A DNA stretch of 64,000 nucleotides. Source: a virus. The notes beneath the pieces were generated by a model. It was not told the origin of the DNA. It was given only the letters and a program-made list of their open reading frames with translations, and searched no databases. Positions 1 through 11,079 of the stretch are shown here, piece after piece. Position numbers and translations under genes: made by a program. Location: the IMG/VR virus record IMGVR_UViG_3300035670_010691, positions 44,915 to 108,914 of that record; one strand, 5' to 3'. Each line of letters starts with the position of its first letter. Within the stretch, counting starts at the first letter, position 1.

Positions 1-300
1 GAACTTATGAATTGTGATTTTGAAGAATTAAGACATTCTAAGCAACTTGCTGCAAATTGGGGATTTTATGAAAAAAATCACATGGTTTTAGAATTTATTT
101 CCAAATGGAAAGAGTGGTGTTTAAATTATGAAGTTGTTAGAAGTCATTATGAGTATGAAATTAATCACCAAGAATTTTCAGCTCATAGATGGGATCAATC
201 TATTTTAACCAATTTACATTTTTTATATAATTTGGAAACATTACCAAACTTAAAAGAATATAGTTGGGAAAAAGACATAAATAATTTTTTACATGAATGA
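1..300 (+). CDS. C-terminal part of a putative glycosyltransferase-like protein (runs off the window start)
   Basis: Frame is open from base 1; HRWDQSILT resembles the HRxDQS C-terminal motif of GT-A-like proteins; ATGA overlap with the next gene. Confidence 0.4.
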   Translation, partial: ELMNCDFEELRHSKQLAANWGFYEKNHMVLEFISKWKEWCLNYEVVRSHYEYEINHQEFSAHRWDQSILTNLHFLYNLETLPNLKEYSWEKDINNFLHE

Positions 301-956
301 TAGTCGTTGCAAGTCATAATAATTTAGATACATTAGGTTGGATTGTAGAAGACTTATATAGAATAGATTTAAATAATCATGAAGTTTGTATTATTGATAC
401 AAATTCAAATAATTTGGAATTTAAAGAAAAATTTCATATATTAAGAAATGAGTATCCTTATTTTAAATTTATTAATTTAAATTATACTTGTTGGGATAGT
501 GGAGCTTATATTTGGGCATATAATAATCTAAAATCTGAACGGTATATATTTTTACAAGATTCGTTACGAATATTGGATAAAAATTATATCAAGTTAATAG
601 ACCAAAATTTAGATTTATACGATGTTGTTGCTCATATAAATTTCAAATATCATTACGAAAATGAGGAACAAAAAAATTGGGTAGAAGACGGTATATTATT
701 TAATGAATTACCCGAAGATGCAATATTCGGTCCTATTTTTGGTGTAAAAAAAACAACATTAGATAAGATACCTTCTTATTGGTTAAAACATCCGACAAAT
801 AAAAATGAAGGTTGTGGTATGGAAAGACGATGGAGTTTAATGTTTAATCAAATTGGAGCATCAAAGAAATATTTGGAAATTGAAGATATTCCAAATGAGG
901 TTACTATATATAATACAAGGAAGTATATACATAAATTATTTTATCACAGATTATGA
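297..956 (+). CDS. putative GT-A-like glycosyltransferase
   Basis: IIDTNS, WDSGAY and YIFLQDS motifs; glycan cluster context. Confidence 0.45.
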   Translation: MIVVASHNNLDTLGWIVEDLYRIDLNNHEVCIIDTNSNNLEFKEKFHILRNEYPYFKFINLNYTCWDSGAYIWAYNNLKSERYIFLQDSLRILDKNYIKLIDQNLDLYDVVAHINFKYHYENEEQKNWVEDGILFNELPEDAIFGPIFGVKKTTLDKIPSYWLKHPTNKNEGCGMERRWSLMFNQIGASKKYLEIEDIPNEVTIYNTRKYIHKLFYHRL

Positions 957-1969
957 AAATAGAAAATAAAAAATTGGCATTAGTTTTAGGTGGAGGTGGT
1001 TTCATAGGAGGTCATCTGGCAAAACGATTAAAAGAACAAGGATATTGGGTAAGGGTAGTTGATATTAAACCTAAGCACGAATATTATGAATTAGATGAGT
1101 TTTGTCATGAATATATTGAAGGTGATTTGAGAGATTCAAGTTTAGTTTCCCGAATTATGTATTCACCAAATCAAAGAGCAGAGAATGATAAAGAAAATTC
1201 ATTTGATGAAGTTTATCAACTTGCTGCGGACATGGGAGGAGCTGGTTATATCTTTACAGGTGATAATGATGCAAATGTAATGCATAATTCAGGTCTAATT
1301 AACTTTAATGTTGCATACGAAGCAAGTAAAAAAAGTGTAAAGAAAATTTTATACACTTCATCAGCTTGTATATACCCCGAACATAATCAGTTAGACCCTG
1401 ATAACCCGAAATGTGAAGAGTCATCTGCATATCCCGCAAACCCCGACTCCGAGTATGGTTGGGAAAAATTATTGAGTGAAAGATTGTATTTATCTTTTCA
1501 CCGAAATTATGGATTAGATGTAAAGATTGCAAGACTACACAATATATTCGGTCCGTATGGAACGTGGGATGGTGGTAGAGAAAAAGCACCTGCGGCAATT
1601 TGTAGAAAAGTTATTCAAGCACCCGAAGGTGGTGAATTAGAAATTTGGGGTGATGGAAAACAAACCCGGTCTTTTCTTTATATAGATGAGTGTTTAGACG
1701 GATTAAGAATTTTAATGGACTCAAATGAAAATCAACCTTTTAATATTGGTAGTGAAGAAATGATTTCCATAAACGAATTTACCAAAATGATTATCGGTAT
1801 AAGTGGAAAAAATTTAAGTATAAAAAATATACCAGGTCCAGAAGGAGTCAGGGGTAGAAATTCAGATAATAATTTAGTTTATTCCCTTTTAGGTTGGAAA
1901 CCAACAATACCACTTAAAGATGGTATTACAAAAACATACCGATGGATTGAGACACAAGTAAATGAATAA
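953..1969 (+). CDS. NAD-dependent epimerase, GDP-mannose 3,5-epimerase-like
   Basis: GGGGFIG Rossmann motif; LAADMGGAGYI, SSACIYPE, YGWEK (YxxxK), GREKAPAA, GPEGVRGRNSDN. Confidence 0.85.
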   Translation: MKIENKKLALVLGGGGFIGGHLAKRLKEQGYWVRVVDIKPKHEYYELDEFCHEYIEGDLRDSSLVSRIMYSPNQRAENDKENSFDEVYQLAADMGGAGYIFTGDNDANVMHNSGLINFNVAYEASKKSVKKILYTSSACIYPEHNQLDPDNPKCEESSAYPANPDSEYGWEKLLSERLYLSFHRNYGLDVKIARLHNIFGPYGTWDGGREKAPAAICRKVIQAPEGGELEIWGDGKQTRSFLYIDECLDGLRILMDSNENQPFNIGSEEMISINEFTKMIIGISGKNLSIKNIPGPEGVRGRNSDNNLVYSLLGWKPTIPLKDGITKTYRWIETQVNE

Positions 1970-3011
1970 AGAGTATTCACCAAAAATATTAGTTACAACT
2001 GGTGCTGGAAACACAATTAAAGGTGGGGCCGATATTTGGACTAACCATTTTCTAAAATGGGTGTGGCCTACTTTACCTGATAAAAAAGAGTGGTTTTTAC
2101 TTATAGACTCAAAAAGACCTGCTCAATTTGAAGAAAGATATTTACCAAAAGGACTTCGATACCACTTTCATGGTGATGATCCAGAAGTAACAAAAGATTG
2201 GTTGAATAGAGCTTCTGTTATACATTTTTTACATTCTCATTATCATAAAAGACCACACATTTGGCATTTTGAAGATAAGTTTGGAACTATTTTTGTTCAT
2301 GCATATCCAAGAGATATGATTTCGGTTATAGATAAAATACCAGAATTAAAATTATTACAATTTAATACAAAAGTAGATGCCGAGTGGTATGATGATTTTC
2401 TTCTTACATTTAATAGAAGAATTTGGATTGGATGTAATCCAAGTCAAATGTTTGATAATTTTCCAAATTATAGCTATAATGTTCCAAACTTTTATGAATT
2501 TCAACTTAATGCACCCCTAACAAATCATGTAAATAATGGAAAAGTTGGATACGCAGCAAGAATAGAAACTCGTAAGGCATTTCACTGGATGCACGGTGTT
2601 GAGGGATTGGCTTTGGTAGAACAAATGGATTTAGAAAATTTAAGAGCAACCACAACTTATACATTTCCTAAATTGGATGTTTATCAGTATCACCCCGATA
2701 TTCATCAACATTTTATGAATAAAAATTGGGGTATATTTCATGGAGCTCATTTCCAAGAACCATTTGGATATAACATATTTCAAGCAGTAGATTATGGTAA
2801 ATTACCAATAATAAATCATGATTGGTGCCCCGAAGTGGAATACAAATATAGAGCTTCAACTATGAATGATTTTCAAAGGATGATTAAACAAATTCTAAAA
2901 GATTCCCACCAAGAGAGAGAAGAAAATTGGTTGAGATTAAAACAATATATGAAACGATTTGATAATAGGGAAGAGTGGGTTGATAAAGTCAGAACTGCAA
3001 TATTAGCATAA
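1962..3011 (+). CDS. putative GT-B (GT4-like) glycosyltransferase
   Basis: N-terminal GGAD; C-terminal RIETRK and EPFGYNIFQA...GKLPI donor-binding-like motif. Confidence 0.6.
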   Translation: MNKEYSPKILVTTGAGNTIKGGADIWTNHFLKWVWPTLPDKKEWFLLIDSKRPAQFEERYLPKGLRYHFHGDDPEVTKDWLNRASVIHFLHSHYHKRPHIWHFEDKFGTIFVHAYPRDMISVIDKIPELKLLQFNTKVDAEWYDDFLLTFNRRIWIGCNPSQMFDNFPNYSYNVPNFYEFQLNAPLTNHVNNGKVGYAARIETRKAFHWMHGVEGLALVEQMDLENLRATTTYTFPKLDVYQYHPDIHQHFMNKNWGIFHGAHFQEPFGYNIFQAVDYGKLPIINHDWCPEVEYKYRASTMNDFQRMIKQILKDSHQEREENWLRLKQYMKRFDNREEWVDKVRTAILA

Positions 3012-3046
3012 TTTTGACTATGTATATTTATATATAAACCTCTTGG

Positions 3047-3826
3047 ATGCCACTTTTAAATTTACAAAGAATATACGAGTTTATTACTCATAATCATTCT
3101 TTTAAAAAGGATGTAAAGGGTAAAGAGTATAAAGAATTCCAACCTGTAAAGTATCGTTGGACTCATGGTGCAACGGATTATAATATGGGTGACGGTCTTT
3201 TAGTATATTCCCTTATTCATCATTTACGGGCAAAAACTTGTGTCTGTCTTGGAAGTGGCGGTGGGTTCATTCCAAGAATAATGACCGAAGCTCGTTTGGA
3301 TTTATACGATAGTAAAATATTTGAAGGAGAACGTCTAATAGAATGGGGGGATACTGGAACTACAATTCTTGTTGATGCAAATAATGGAGTTGGTGGTAAT
3401 CCTGATTATCTTGATAAATCTTCTTTTTTTAGAGAATATTATCCAATTCGTTTAATAGTAGATACTACTGAAAACGCGTACTACAACTTTTTTGTCAAAG
3501 AGGATATAAAGATAGATTATTTACATATAGATGCAGGTCACTCTTACGAAGATGTGAAACGAGATTTTGATTTATACACAAAACTCTTACAACCACACGG
3601 AATTGTTTCCATACACGATACAGATTCTTCATATGAAAACGAATATATTGTTACCGAAGATATAAAATCACAAGATTATCATCATGAATTTAACGGCCCT
3701 CAACAGTTGATAAGAGAATTAAAAGACAATCCCGAGTGGGAGATGTTTAATCTTTTCAATCACGGTATCAAAAGAGATAAACCATCAACAACAGGACTAA
3801 CAATATTACAGAGATGCAAAAACTAA
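3047..3826 (+). CDS. class I SAM-dependent methyltransferase (Methyltransf_24-like)
   Basis: CLGSGGG; IDYLHIDAGHSYEDVKRDF; GIVSIHD. Confidence 0.8.
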   Translation: MPLLNLQRIYEFITHNHSFKKDVKGKEYKEFQPVKYRWTHGATDYNMGDGLLVYSLIHHLRAKTCVCLGSGGGFIPRIMTEARLDLYDSKIFEGERLIEWGDTGTTILVDANNGVGGNPDYLDKSSFFREYYPIRLIVDTTENAYYNFFVKEDIKIDYLHIDAGHSYEDVKRDFDLYTKLLQPHGIVSIHDTDSSYENEYIVTEDIKSQDYHHEFNGPQQLIRELKDNPEWEMFNLFNHGIKRDKPSTTGLTILQRCKN

Positions 3827-4656
3827 ATTTAGTTACAGTTGTGGGTCATAACATTACTATGTTACCTCATATGATAAACCATTATAAAGATACGGTTGAT
3901 GAGATATATGTTGTTGTTTATAAACAACACAATAATGATGGAATTGAAGAACAAGTCAGAGAATTGGGAATAAATCCTTATTTAGTAGTTACCGAACCAA
4001 AATTTAATTGGGAAAAGGTAACAGAATTATATAATCAAGTAAAACAAACCAAACCTGATGAATGGTGGATAGTGAGTGATGACGATGAATTTCATGTTTA
4101 TCCAAAACCAATCAGAGAAATGATAGAAGAATGTGAGGAAAATGGGTGGGATTTTATTACAGGTGGTTTTTTAGATAGAATAGGACCTGATGGAACTTTT
4201 CCAGTTATTACTAATGAAAGTAATATATGGGAAGAATTTACAAACTGCGGATTTTTTAGAAATCCAATGAGTGGGGCTTGTCCAAATAAAGTATGTGTAA
4301 TGAAGGGTTCAGTTGATGTAACAGGGGGTCAGCACTATGTGTCTGTAGGTGATAGCGATACTTGGAGAGAAAGAGGATGGAACCATCCAAAACGATATCC
4401 ACCTAAAAAAGGATTTGTTCAAGTTCATCATTTTAAATGGGATAGTTCGGTTTTAAAAAGATTACAAGATGTCGCAAATACCAAAACTGACTATTCATAT
4501 TGGAAAGAATATAAAAAAATGTATAGAAATATTCAATTAAATAATTTTCGTATTGACATTAATAATAAAAATTATTATATTGTACCTATGTCTAAAAATA
4601 CATATGATGAGTATCCATATTGGAAAATTATAACTCAAAAAATAATTGAAATATGA
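3814..4656 (+). CDS. GT2-like glycosyltransferase
   Basis: WWIVSDDDEF (DxD) and VHHFKW motifs. Confidence 0.65.
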   Translation: MQKLNLVTVVGHNITMLPHMINHYKDTVDEIYVVVYKQHNNDGIEEQVRELGINPYLVVTEPKFNWEKVTELYNQVKQTKPDEWWIVSDDDEFHVYPKPIREMIEECEENGWDFITGGFLDRIGPDGTFPVITNESNIWEEFTNCGFFRNPMSGACPNKVCVMKGSVDVTGGQHYVSVGDSDTWRERGWNHPKRYPPKKGFVQVHHFKWDSSVLKRLQDVANTKTDYSYWKEYKKMYRNIQLNNFRIDINNKNYYIVPMSKNTYDEYPYWKIITQKIIEI

Positions 4657-6116
4657 AAGATAAGTTAGCTATTATAGTTCCTTATCGAGATAGAGAAAAA
4701 CACTTAAATGTGTTTGTACCTCATATTCACAATTTTCTAAAAGACAAGGGAATTGACTATGATATTTTTATCGTTGAGCAAGCAGACGATAGGCCATTTA
4801 ATTATGGTAAGTTGTGTAATGCTGCAGTAAAAGAAGTGGGTGAAGAATATACTTACTTTGCATTTCACGATATTGATATGTTACCTATAAGTGATGAATG
4901 TGATTATGGTTATCCTGATGTTCCAACTCACTTGGCAACAAACGTAGAAGCACATGATAACAAACTTCCATATCCACAATATTTTGGTGGAGTGGTTTTA
5001 ATTAATCGTGAAGATTTTGAAAGAGCAAATGGATATTCAAATGAGTATTGGGGATATGGATTCCAGGATATAGATTTACTTTATAGATTACAAAGAAGTG
5101 GTGCTTATCTTGAAAAATTTTATGATAAAAATAAAACTTATTCAAACTATGATGAACTTGATATTTTACCGTATAGAATAGAAAAAGTTGAAATATCAAG
5201 AAATAAATTATCACAGAAATTTAAAACAAATATTTTTAATAAAGAAAGTTTTTTATATGGAACACTTAACCCATTAACAAAAAAACTTGTAGATGAATCT
5301 TTCACAATTTCATTTTGGTTTAATGACAGATTTGAAAGAAGTATTAATAAAAATTTATTTTGTTTTGAAGGATATGACACTGGATTGTTTTTAAATAATG
5401 GTAATCAAATAATAGGACAAATTTGGAACAATAATAACCAACATAATCAAGTTATTTTAAATTATTCAAGAAATGTATGGAATTATGTTTTGTTTGAATA
5501 TGATAAAGAAAATAATGAAATTAATTTAACCCTAAACAATAAAACAGCAAAAGAAAAATTATCTGATAATTTCAAACTTTTTGATTATAAAGACAAACAT
5601 ATAAAAATATCTGATAAAAATTCTGATATAGAATTATCTGAAATATTTGTTTTTGATACTATTTTGACTGATGATGCTAAAAAACAATTTTATTTTGAAG
5701 GTAATTCTTGTCTTAATAAATTAAAAACTCAGCATGGGGTAAGTCCAGTTTTACATTTTAATTATACTAAAACCTATTCAAAAAATATTCTTTTAGATAA
5801 TGGGTTATTTTTAAATCATATTACTATACAAGGAAATACCGAAACTAATGAAAAAAATATAGAACTTACAGATATTGTATATCTTCCATTTAGAATTCAT
5901 GGAAAATATAAATCACTTTCACATGGTAATGATAGAAATATTATTAATAATTATTATACCTATAATCCTGATATAAGTGAAAATGCCGATATTTTTTTTC
6001 ATGAAGTATTACAAAATAAATTAGATTTAAAAAGTATTGGGTTATTGAATATAAAATACAAATTGTTAGACAAAATTAAAAGAAATGAGTATGAACTTAT
6101 TAGAATTGTTACATAA
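4653..6116 (+). CDS. GT7 (beta-1,4-galactosyltransferase-like) with inserted LamG/ConA-like domain, paralog 1
   Basis: IIVPYRDR, FNYGKLCN, FHDIDM, YFGGV, NGYSNEYWGYGFQDID; FTISFWF LamG-like segment. Confidence 0.8.
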   Translation: MKDKLAIIVPYRDREKHLNVFVPHIHNFLKDKGIDYDIFIVEQADDRPFNYGKLCNAAVKEVGEEYTYFAFHDIDMLPISDECDYGYPDVPTHLATNVEAHDNKLPYPQYFGGVVLINREDFERANGYSNEYWGYGFQDIDLLYRLQRSGAYLEKFYDKNKTYSNYDELDILPYRIEKVEISRNKLSQKFKTNIFNKESFLYGTLNPLTKKLVDESFTISFWFNDRFERSINKNLFCFEGYDTGLFLNNGNQIIGQIWNNNNQHNQVILNYSRNVWNYVLFEYDKENNEINLTLNNKTAKEKLSDNFKLFDYKDKHIKISDKNSDIELSEIFVFDTILTDDAKKQFYFEGNSCLNKLKTQHGVSPVLHFNYTKTYSKNILLDNGLFLNHITIQGNTETNEKNIELTDIVYLPFRIHGKYKSLSHGNDRNIINNYYTYNPDISENADIFFHEVLQNKLDLKSIGLLNIKYKLLDKIKRNEYELIRIVT

Positions 6117-6594
6117 TGAAAAAGTGGTAAAATCACTTGAAATAATAGACAATCAATTGAAAGATTTAACAGAAAAATCTGAAAAGGATAATGCTATATT
6201 TTTAAAAATTATTTTAATTGTGGAAACTTTGTTACAAAATTTAAATCATAAAAATTCACATATAGGTAAATATTTTAATAGATGGTATGAAAAACAGCCA
6301 TTAATAGATAATATTTCCGAAGAATTAAAAATGAAAGAAGTCAGAAAAAAAGATATTGAATATGAAATAGAAGAACTTCAATCAAGAATTGAAATTTTAA
6401 AATGGGAACCTGACAAAATTCAAAAAGAAATTGATGAAAAAAAATGGGAACCAATAAAATTGAAAGATTGGATTTCTGAAGCATCATATCCAATAGATAA
6501 AAATAATATTGAAGGTTATATATTTGAAAAATTAAAAGAAGAACTTATTAACAATAAAAAACTAAACTACAACTATGGCAGAGAAGAAAACTGA
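6091..6594 (+). CDS. hypothetical coiled-coil protein
   Basis: ORF in operon-like run; no recognisable motif; start could be 6085. Confidence 0.5.
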   Translation: MNLLELLHNEKVVKSLEIIDNQLKDLTEKSEKDNAIFLKIILIVETLLQNLNHKNSHIGKYFNRWYEKQPLIDNISEELKMKEVRKKDIEYEIEELQSRIEILKWEPDKIQKEIDEKKWEPIKLKDWISEASYPIDKNNIEGYIFEKLKEELINNKKLNYNYGREEN

Positions 6595-6820
6595 TAATTT
6601 GGAAGAACGTGGAGTCAAGGCACTTGAGTCCATTGCAAAATCGTTACAAGATATAAACGATTGGGTATATGATTTAGATGCAGATATGTGGCAAGAAAGA
6701 TTGGAATGGTATCTAAATGAGTTTTACCAAATAGCAAAAGCAAAAACAGTAGGTTCAACAAACAGACCACCTCGAGATGCCGAGAGAACATCGGAACAAA
6801 CGGACTCAAACGAAGAGTAA
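6575..6820 (+). CDS. hypothetical protein
   Basis: 81-aa ORF overlapping both neighbours. Confidence 0.55.
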   Translation: MAEKKTDNLEERGVKALESIAKSLQDINDWVYDLDADMWQERLEWYLNEFYQIAKAKTVGSTNRPPRDAERTSEQTDSNEE

Positions 6821-8225
6821 TCATAAACTCGGTATAATTGTTCCATATAGAGACAGACCCCAACAATTAAAAAGGTTTGTCAGTCACATGGAAGATTATT
6901 TAAAAGAGTATGATTATCAGATTTTTGTCATCGAACAAGGTGATGATAAATCGTTTAATCGTGGAAAACTACTAAACGTGGGTTATGAAATTGCATCCAA
7001 AAATGGGTGTGATTATTTCGTATTCCATGATGTGGATATGTTACCAGAAGATGTAGATTATTCTTATTCTGATAAACCACTTCATCTTGCAACTCACTTG
7101 CAAGAACACGATTATGAAACCACTTATTTTGATTATTTTGGTGGGGTTACTCTTTTTAATAGGGAAGATTTTGAAGCAATAAATGGGTACTCAAATGAGT
7201 ATTGGGGGTGGGGTTTTGAAGATGATGACCTTTTAGTCAGATGTTATCAAACAAATTTACCACTTGATTCTGAAATACAAGAAATGGGAAATGTAAATGA
7301 AATTGAGATATTTAACTTTTCAGGAGACAATTCATTTATTAGAGTAACATCAAATGAAAATTCAACCTTAATGGAAGGTGATTTTACTATTTCAGCATTA
7401 GTAAAGCCAACTAATATACAAATAAATCCTAATTCAGATTATGATGAATATCCAATTGTATCTATTCCTGGATATAATACAGGTTTATTTTACAATTCGT
7501 TTCGTAGATTTTTTTGTCAGGTATATGATCAAGATAAAAAACCTTATTCTATAACAACTGATATTCTTGGTGAAAGATGGTCTTTATTGACAATGGTGTA
7601 TGAAAATCAAACTTTATCTTTATATCTAAATGCTGAGTTAGTCAATAGTGTTGAATTGGATAGCCCAATAATGAAACTTGATACTCGTAAGGTCTATGTT
7701 GGTACTTCAAGTGAAAGTGAATTTAAAAAATCATTTTTTAATGGAGTAATATCGGGTATTGAAATATACGATATTGCACTTATAAAAAGTGAAATAAAGT
7801 CTATTTATAATAACCCACTTAAAGTTAAAATTAGGAACTTTGAAGATTTTAGGTCAAGTGAATTTTTATACTCGCAGATTTTACCAAATTTGTGTAATAA
7901 TGAGTTTGGAGTTGATGTTTCGGGTTTAAATAAAATAGAATTAGAAAATGTAAATATACAAAAAATAAATCAATCATTTTCAACTTATTTACCAAAGCCA
8001 TATAGACGAAATAGTAGATTTAAATCTTTAAAACATAAATCAAATTCATCAGAAGGAAACAGGTGGATACATAAAGAAACAAGACAAAATCAAATTAAGT
8101 ATTATAACGAAGTCAGAAGAAATTTTATAGATTTTCATATCGATGGTATTAATACTTTACACTATGATTTATTAGAACAAGAAAATATAACAGACAAAAC
8201 AACCAAAGTTACAGTAAATTTATGA
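6777..8225 (+). CDS. GT7 with inserted LamG-like domain, paralog 2
   Basis: IIVPYRDR, FNRGKLLNVG, FHDVDM, YFGGV, WGWGFEDDD; LamG-like FTISALVK...FFNGVISGIEIYDIAL. Confidence 0.85.
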   Translation: MPREHRNKRTQTKSNHKLGIIVPYRDRPQQLKRFVSHMEDYLKEYDYQIFVIEQGDDKSFNRGKLLNVGYEIASKNGCDYFVFHDVDMLPEDVDYSYSDKPLHLATHLQEHDYETTYFDYFGGVTLFNREDFEAINGYSNEYWGWGFEDDDLLVRCYQTNLPLDSEIQEMGNVNEIEIFNFSGDNSFIRVTSNENSTLMEGDFTISALVKPTNIQINPNSDYDEYPIVSIPGYNTGLFYNSFRRFFCQVYDQDKKPYSITTDILGERWSLLTMVYENQTLSLYLNAELVNSVELDSPIMKLDTRKVYVGTSSESEFKKSFFNGVISGIEIYDIALIKSEIKSIYNNPLKVKIRNFEDFRSSEFLYSQILPNLCNNEFGVDVSGLNKIELENVNIQKINQSFSTYLPKPYRRNSRFKSLKHKSNSSEGNRWIHKETRQNQIKYYNEVRRNFIDFHIDGINTLHYDLLEQENITDKTTKVTVNL

Positions 8226-9661
8226 AATTAGGAGTTTGTGTTCCATACAGAAATAGAGAAGCCCACTTAAAGGAATTCGTACCAACAGTTGGTAAGTATT
8301 TAGAAAGTCAAGGAATTGATTACCAAATATATTTTGGCCATCAAGTTGATGATAAGTTGTTTAATCGTGGTGCAATGAAAAATGTTGCAGCAGAATGGGC
8401 GTTTAAAGAAGGATGTGATTACATTGTATGGCACGACATAGATATGATACCCGAAGAAGGGTGTGATTATTCTTTTCCTGAAAAATACCCCGTTCATATT
8501 GCCACTAACATTTCACAAATGAATTACCAATTGAAGTATGAAGAGTACTTTGGTGGTGCGGTCTTATTCTCAAAAGAACAAGTTGAGAAAACCAACGGGT
8601 ATTCAAATGACTATTGGGATTGGGGTATGGAAGATGATGACCTTTTTTGGAGGTGTGTGTTAGAGGGATATGTTGATCAAAAATATATGAATTTTACCGA
8701 TTTACCAAAAGATTATTTATCATTTGACGGGAAGGGTTCATTTGTCAGAATACCATGTACTCGTTCTATTCGTAATTTAACTTCAAGGTCTCACACAGTT
8801 TCCGTACTCGTTCGTGCTCATCAACAAGAGGAAAAAGTACCAATTTGGTTAGTTGGTGATACAGAAAGAAGATTTTGTGAATATCCTATTTTAAGGAGAC
8901 CTGGATATGATTATGGTTTGAGTTATAATAATTCCCGTACCTATACATCTCAATTGTGGAATAATCAAAAAGACCATATCTATTCTTGGATGAAACGATA
9001 TGAAAACCAATGGTCTTGGGTAACACTTGTTGTTGATGATAACAAAGTTCATTTTTATATGAATGGTAAAGAAAGTGATGCTCGTTGGGGAACAGGAACT
9101 CATTCACCCCAAGAGTTTGAAGGAATGTTAAAACGATATGGCAATGTTGATTACTATTTAGGAACAACAACTTCCGTTGCTGATAATGATGTTTCAAAAT
9201 GGTTTAAAGGTGATATAGCAGATGTTAAATTATATGACAGAGCACTTACCAAATCAGAAGTAGAAGATTTAGCATTATCACCAACATCAGATGGGTTAGT
9301 TCTTCATTACAATTTTCAAAATGGAGAGGCGTATGATTTATCAGGTAACGAAAATGATGGTGAAGTTTTTGACTGTGAACATCACAGAGAAACTATACAA
9401 GTTCCATATACAACTCTTCCTCACCGAAGACCTGGTAGGTTAAGATGTCTTCCACATAAAGACGAAGGTTTAGTAGAAGAGGGCGGTGTTAAAAAATGGG
9501 CAAAAGGAGAAACCACCGCTCGTAATGAAAGAAGGTTCGTTCATCAAATGCAACAAGGTGAGTGGGATTACAAATCCGATGGAATTGCTCAATTAAAATA
9601 TGAATTAGTGGATACCACTATAATTAATGATAGAGTAAAATTAATAAATGTAAAATTATGA
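8222..9661 (+). CDS. GT7 with inserted LamG-like domain, paralog 3
   Basis: VCVPYRNR, FNRGAMKN, WHDIDM, YFGGA, WDWGMEDDD; LamG FKGDIADVKLYDRALT...LVLHYNF. Confidence 0.85.
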   Translation: MKLGVCVPYRNREAHLKEFVPTVGKYLESQGIDYQIYFGHQVDDKLFNRGAMKNVAAEWAFKEGCDYIVWHDIDMIPEEGCDYSFPEKYPVHIATNISQMNYQLKYEEYFGGAVLFSKEQVEKTNGYSNDYWDWGMEDDDLFWRCVLEGYVDQKYMNFTDLPKDYLSFDGKGSFVRIPCTRSIRNLTSRSHTVSVLVRAHQQEEKVPIWLVGDTERRFCEYPILRRPGYDYGLSYNNSRTYTSQLWNNQKDHIYSWMKRYENQWSWVTLVVDDNKVHFYMNGKESDARWGTGTHSPQEFEGMLKRYGNVDYYLGTTTSVADNDVSKWFKGDIADVKLYDRALTKSEVEDLALSPTSDGLVLHYNFQNGEAYDLSGNENDGEVFDCEHHRETIQVPYTTLPHRRPGRLRCLPHKDEGLVEEGGVKKWAKGETTARNERRFVHQMQQGEWDYKSDGIAQLKYELVDTTIINDRVKLINVKL

Positions 9662-11079
9662 GTGAAGTAATTGGAAATAATTTCCATAAAACAAAACAAC
9701 AATTAGACTCAGTAGGATGTGGATTTTGTCTTGCAAAATGGACACAAGTTACGATGCATCTTCATAATGGAACTACCCATTCATGTCACCATCCTGCACC
9801 ACATAAAATTGGACTTAAAGAAATTGAAAAAAATCACACAGCATTACATAATTCTAAACATAAGAAAAAAGTTAGAAAAGAAATGTTGGAGGGTGGTAGA
9901 CCAGAAGAATGTAATTATTGTTGGAGAGTAGAAGATAGCTCAGAAGCTTATTCAGACCGAGTATTTAAATCAGAAGAACAATGGTCTAAACCTCACTTTG
10001 AAGAAATTAAAAATATTGATTGGAAAGAAGATTATTTACCAAAATATGTTGAGGTAAGTTTTGCAAACACTTGTAATTTTAAGTGTGCGTATTGTGGACC
10101 TGAATATTCATCAACTTGGGTAGAAGAAGTTAGAAATCATGGTGGATATCCAACGTCTCAAAATTTTAATTCATTAGACCCAATTGTAGAAAGAAATACA
10201 CTTTCTATACCACAACGAGAACATAATCCATATATTGAGGCATTTTGGAAATGGTGGCCTCAGTTATACAAAAATATGGATACTTTTAGAATTACAGGTG
10301 GTGAGCCATTATTGTCAAAAGATACTTGGAAAGTATTAGATAATATTATTGAAACTGATGAACCAAATAAAAACTTAAAGTTTTCCATTAATTCAAATTT
10401 AGGTGTGGATGATAAGTTGATTGAAAAACTTATTGAAAAACTTAAAATTATTGAAACCGAAGGTAGAGTAAAAGAAATGATTATTTACACATCGGTTGAT
10501 GCATATGGACAACAAGCTGACTATGTTAGATATGGTTTGGATTTTGAAAAACTTTTTAAAAATATTGATAGAATTTTATCGGAACTTCAAAAAGTAACAG
10601 TTGTTGTTATGTCAACATTTAATATTTTTAGTATTTTTTCTTATGAGAAATTGTTAAAAAAGGTATATGAATTTAAACTAAAACATTTTAATACAGAGAG
10701 ATATTGGAATTCTGCTTTAATTATAGATACTTCTTATTTAAGACATCCAGAATTTTTAAGTTTTAGATTATTAAAAGACTATTTAGACGAAGAATACTTT
10801 GAAAGATGTATAAAATTCATGAAATTTCATTCTACTTATAGGTCTTTAAATTCGTTTCAACCTAAGCATATTTCAGATGTTGGATTTACTTTAAAAGAAA
10901 TAGAAAAAGTATCAAGAATTAGAGATATTTTTGTTAAAGATAGTTTAATAGATGATACAAATTTTGATTTACAAAAGAAAGATTTTTTAAAATTTATAGA
11001 AGAGTATGAAGTAAGAAGACACTTAAAATGTCAAGATTATTTCCCTGAATTAACTAATTTCATAAATAATATAAAATGA
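9658..11079 (+). CDS. radical SAM protein with N-terminal twitch/SPASM-like Cys cluster
   Basis: CNFKCAYC (CxxxCxxC), ITGGEP; N-terminal FCLAKW...SCH...CNYCW. Confidence 0.85.
   Translation: MSEVIGNNFHKTKQQLDSVGCGFCLAKWTQVTMHLHNGTTHSCHHPAPHKIGLKEIEKNHTALHNSKHKKKVRKEMLEGGRPEECNYCWRVEDSSEAYSDRVFKSEEQWSKPHFEEIKNIDWKEDYLPKYVEVSFANTCNFKCAYCGPEYSSTWVEEVRNHGGYPTSQNFNSLDPIVERNTLSIPQREHNPYIEAFWKWWPQLYKNMDTFRITGGEPLLSKDTWKVLDNIIETDEPNKNLKFSINSNLGVDDKLIEKLIEKLKIIETEGRVKEMIIYTSVDAYGQQADYVRYGLDFEKLFKNIDRILSELQKVTVVVMSTFNIFSIFSYEKLLKKVYEFKLKHFNTERYWNSALIIDTSYLRHPEFLSFRLLKDYLDEEYFERCIKFMKFHSTYRSLNSFQPKHISDVGFTLKEIEKVSRIRDIFVKDSLIDDTNFDLQKKDFLKFIEEYEVRRHLKCQDYFPELTNFINNIK

Noticed and set aside
6777-6830. 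Possible lost start codon for GT7 paralog 2 (AAGAGTAAT where ATGAGTAAT might be expected)
   Set aside because: An in-frame ATG at 6777 gives a plausible short extension, so there is no evidence of pseudogenisation
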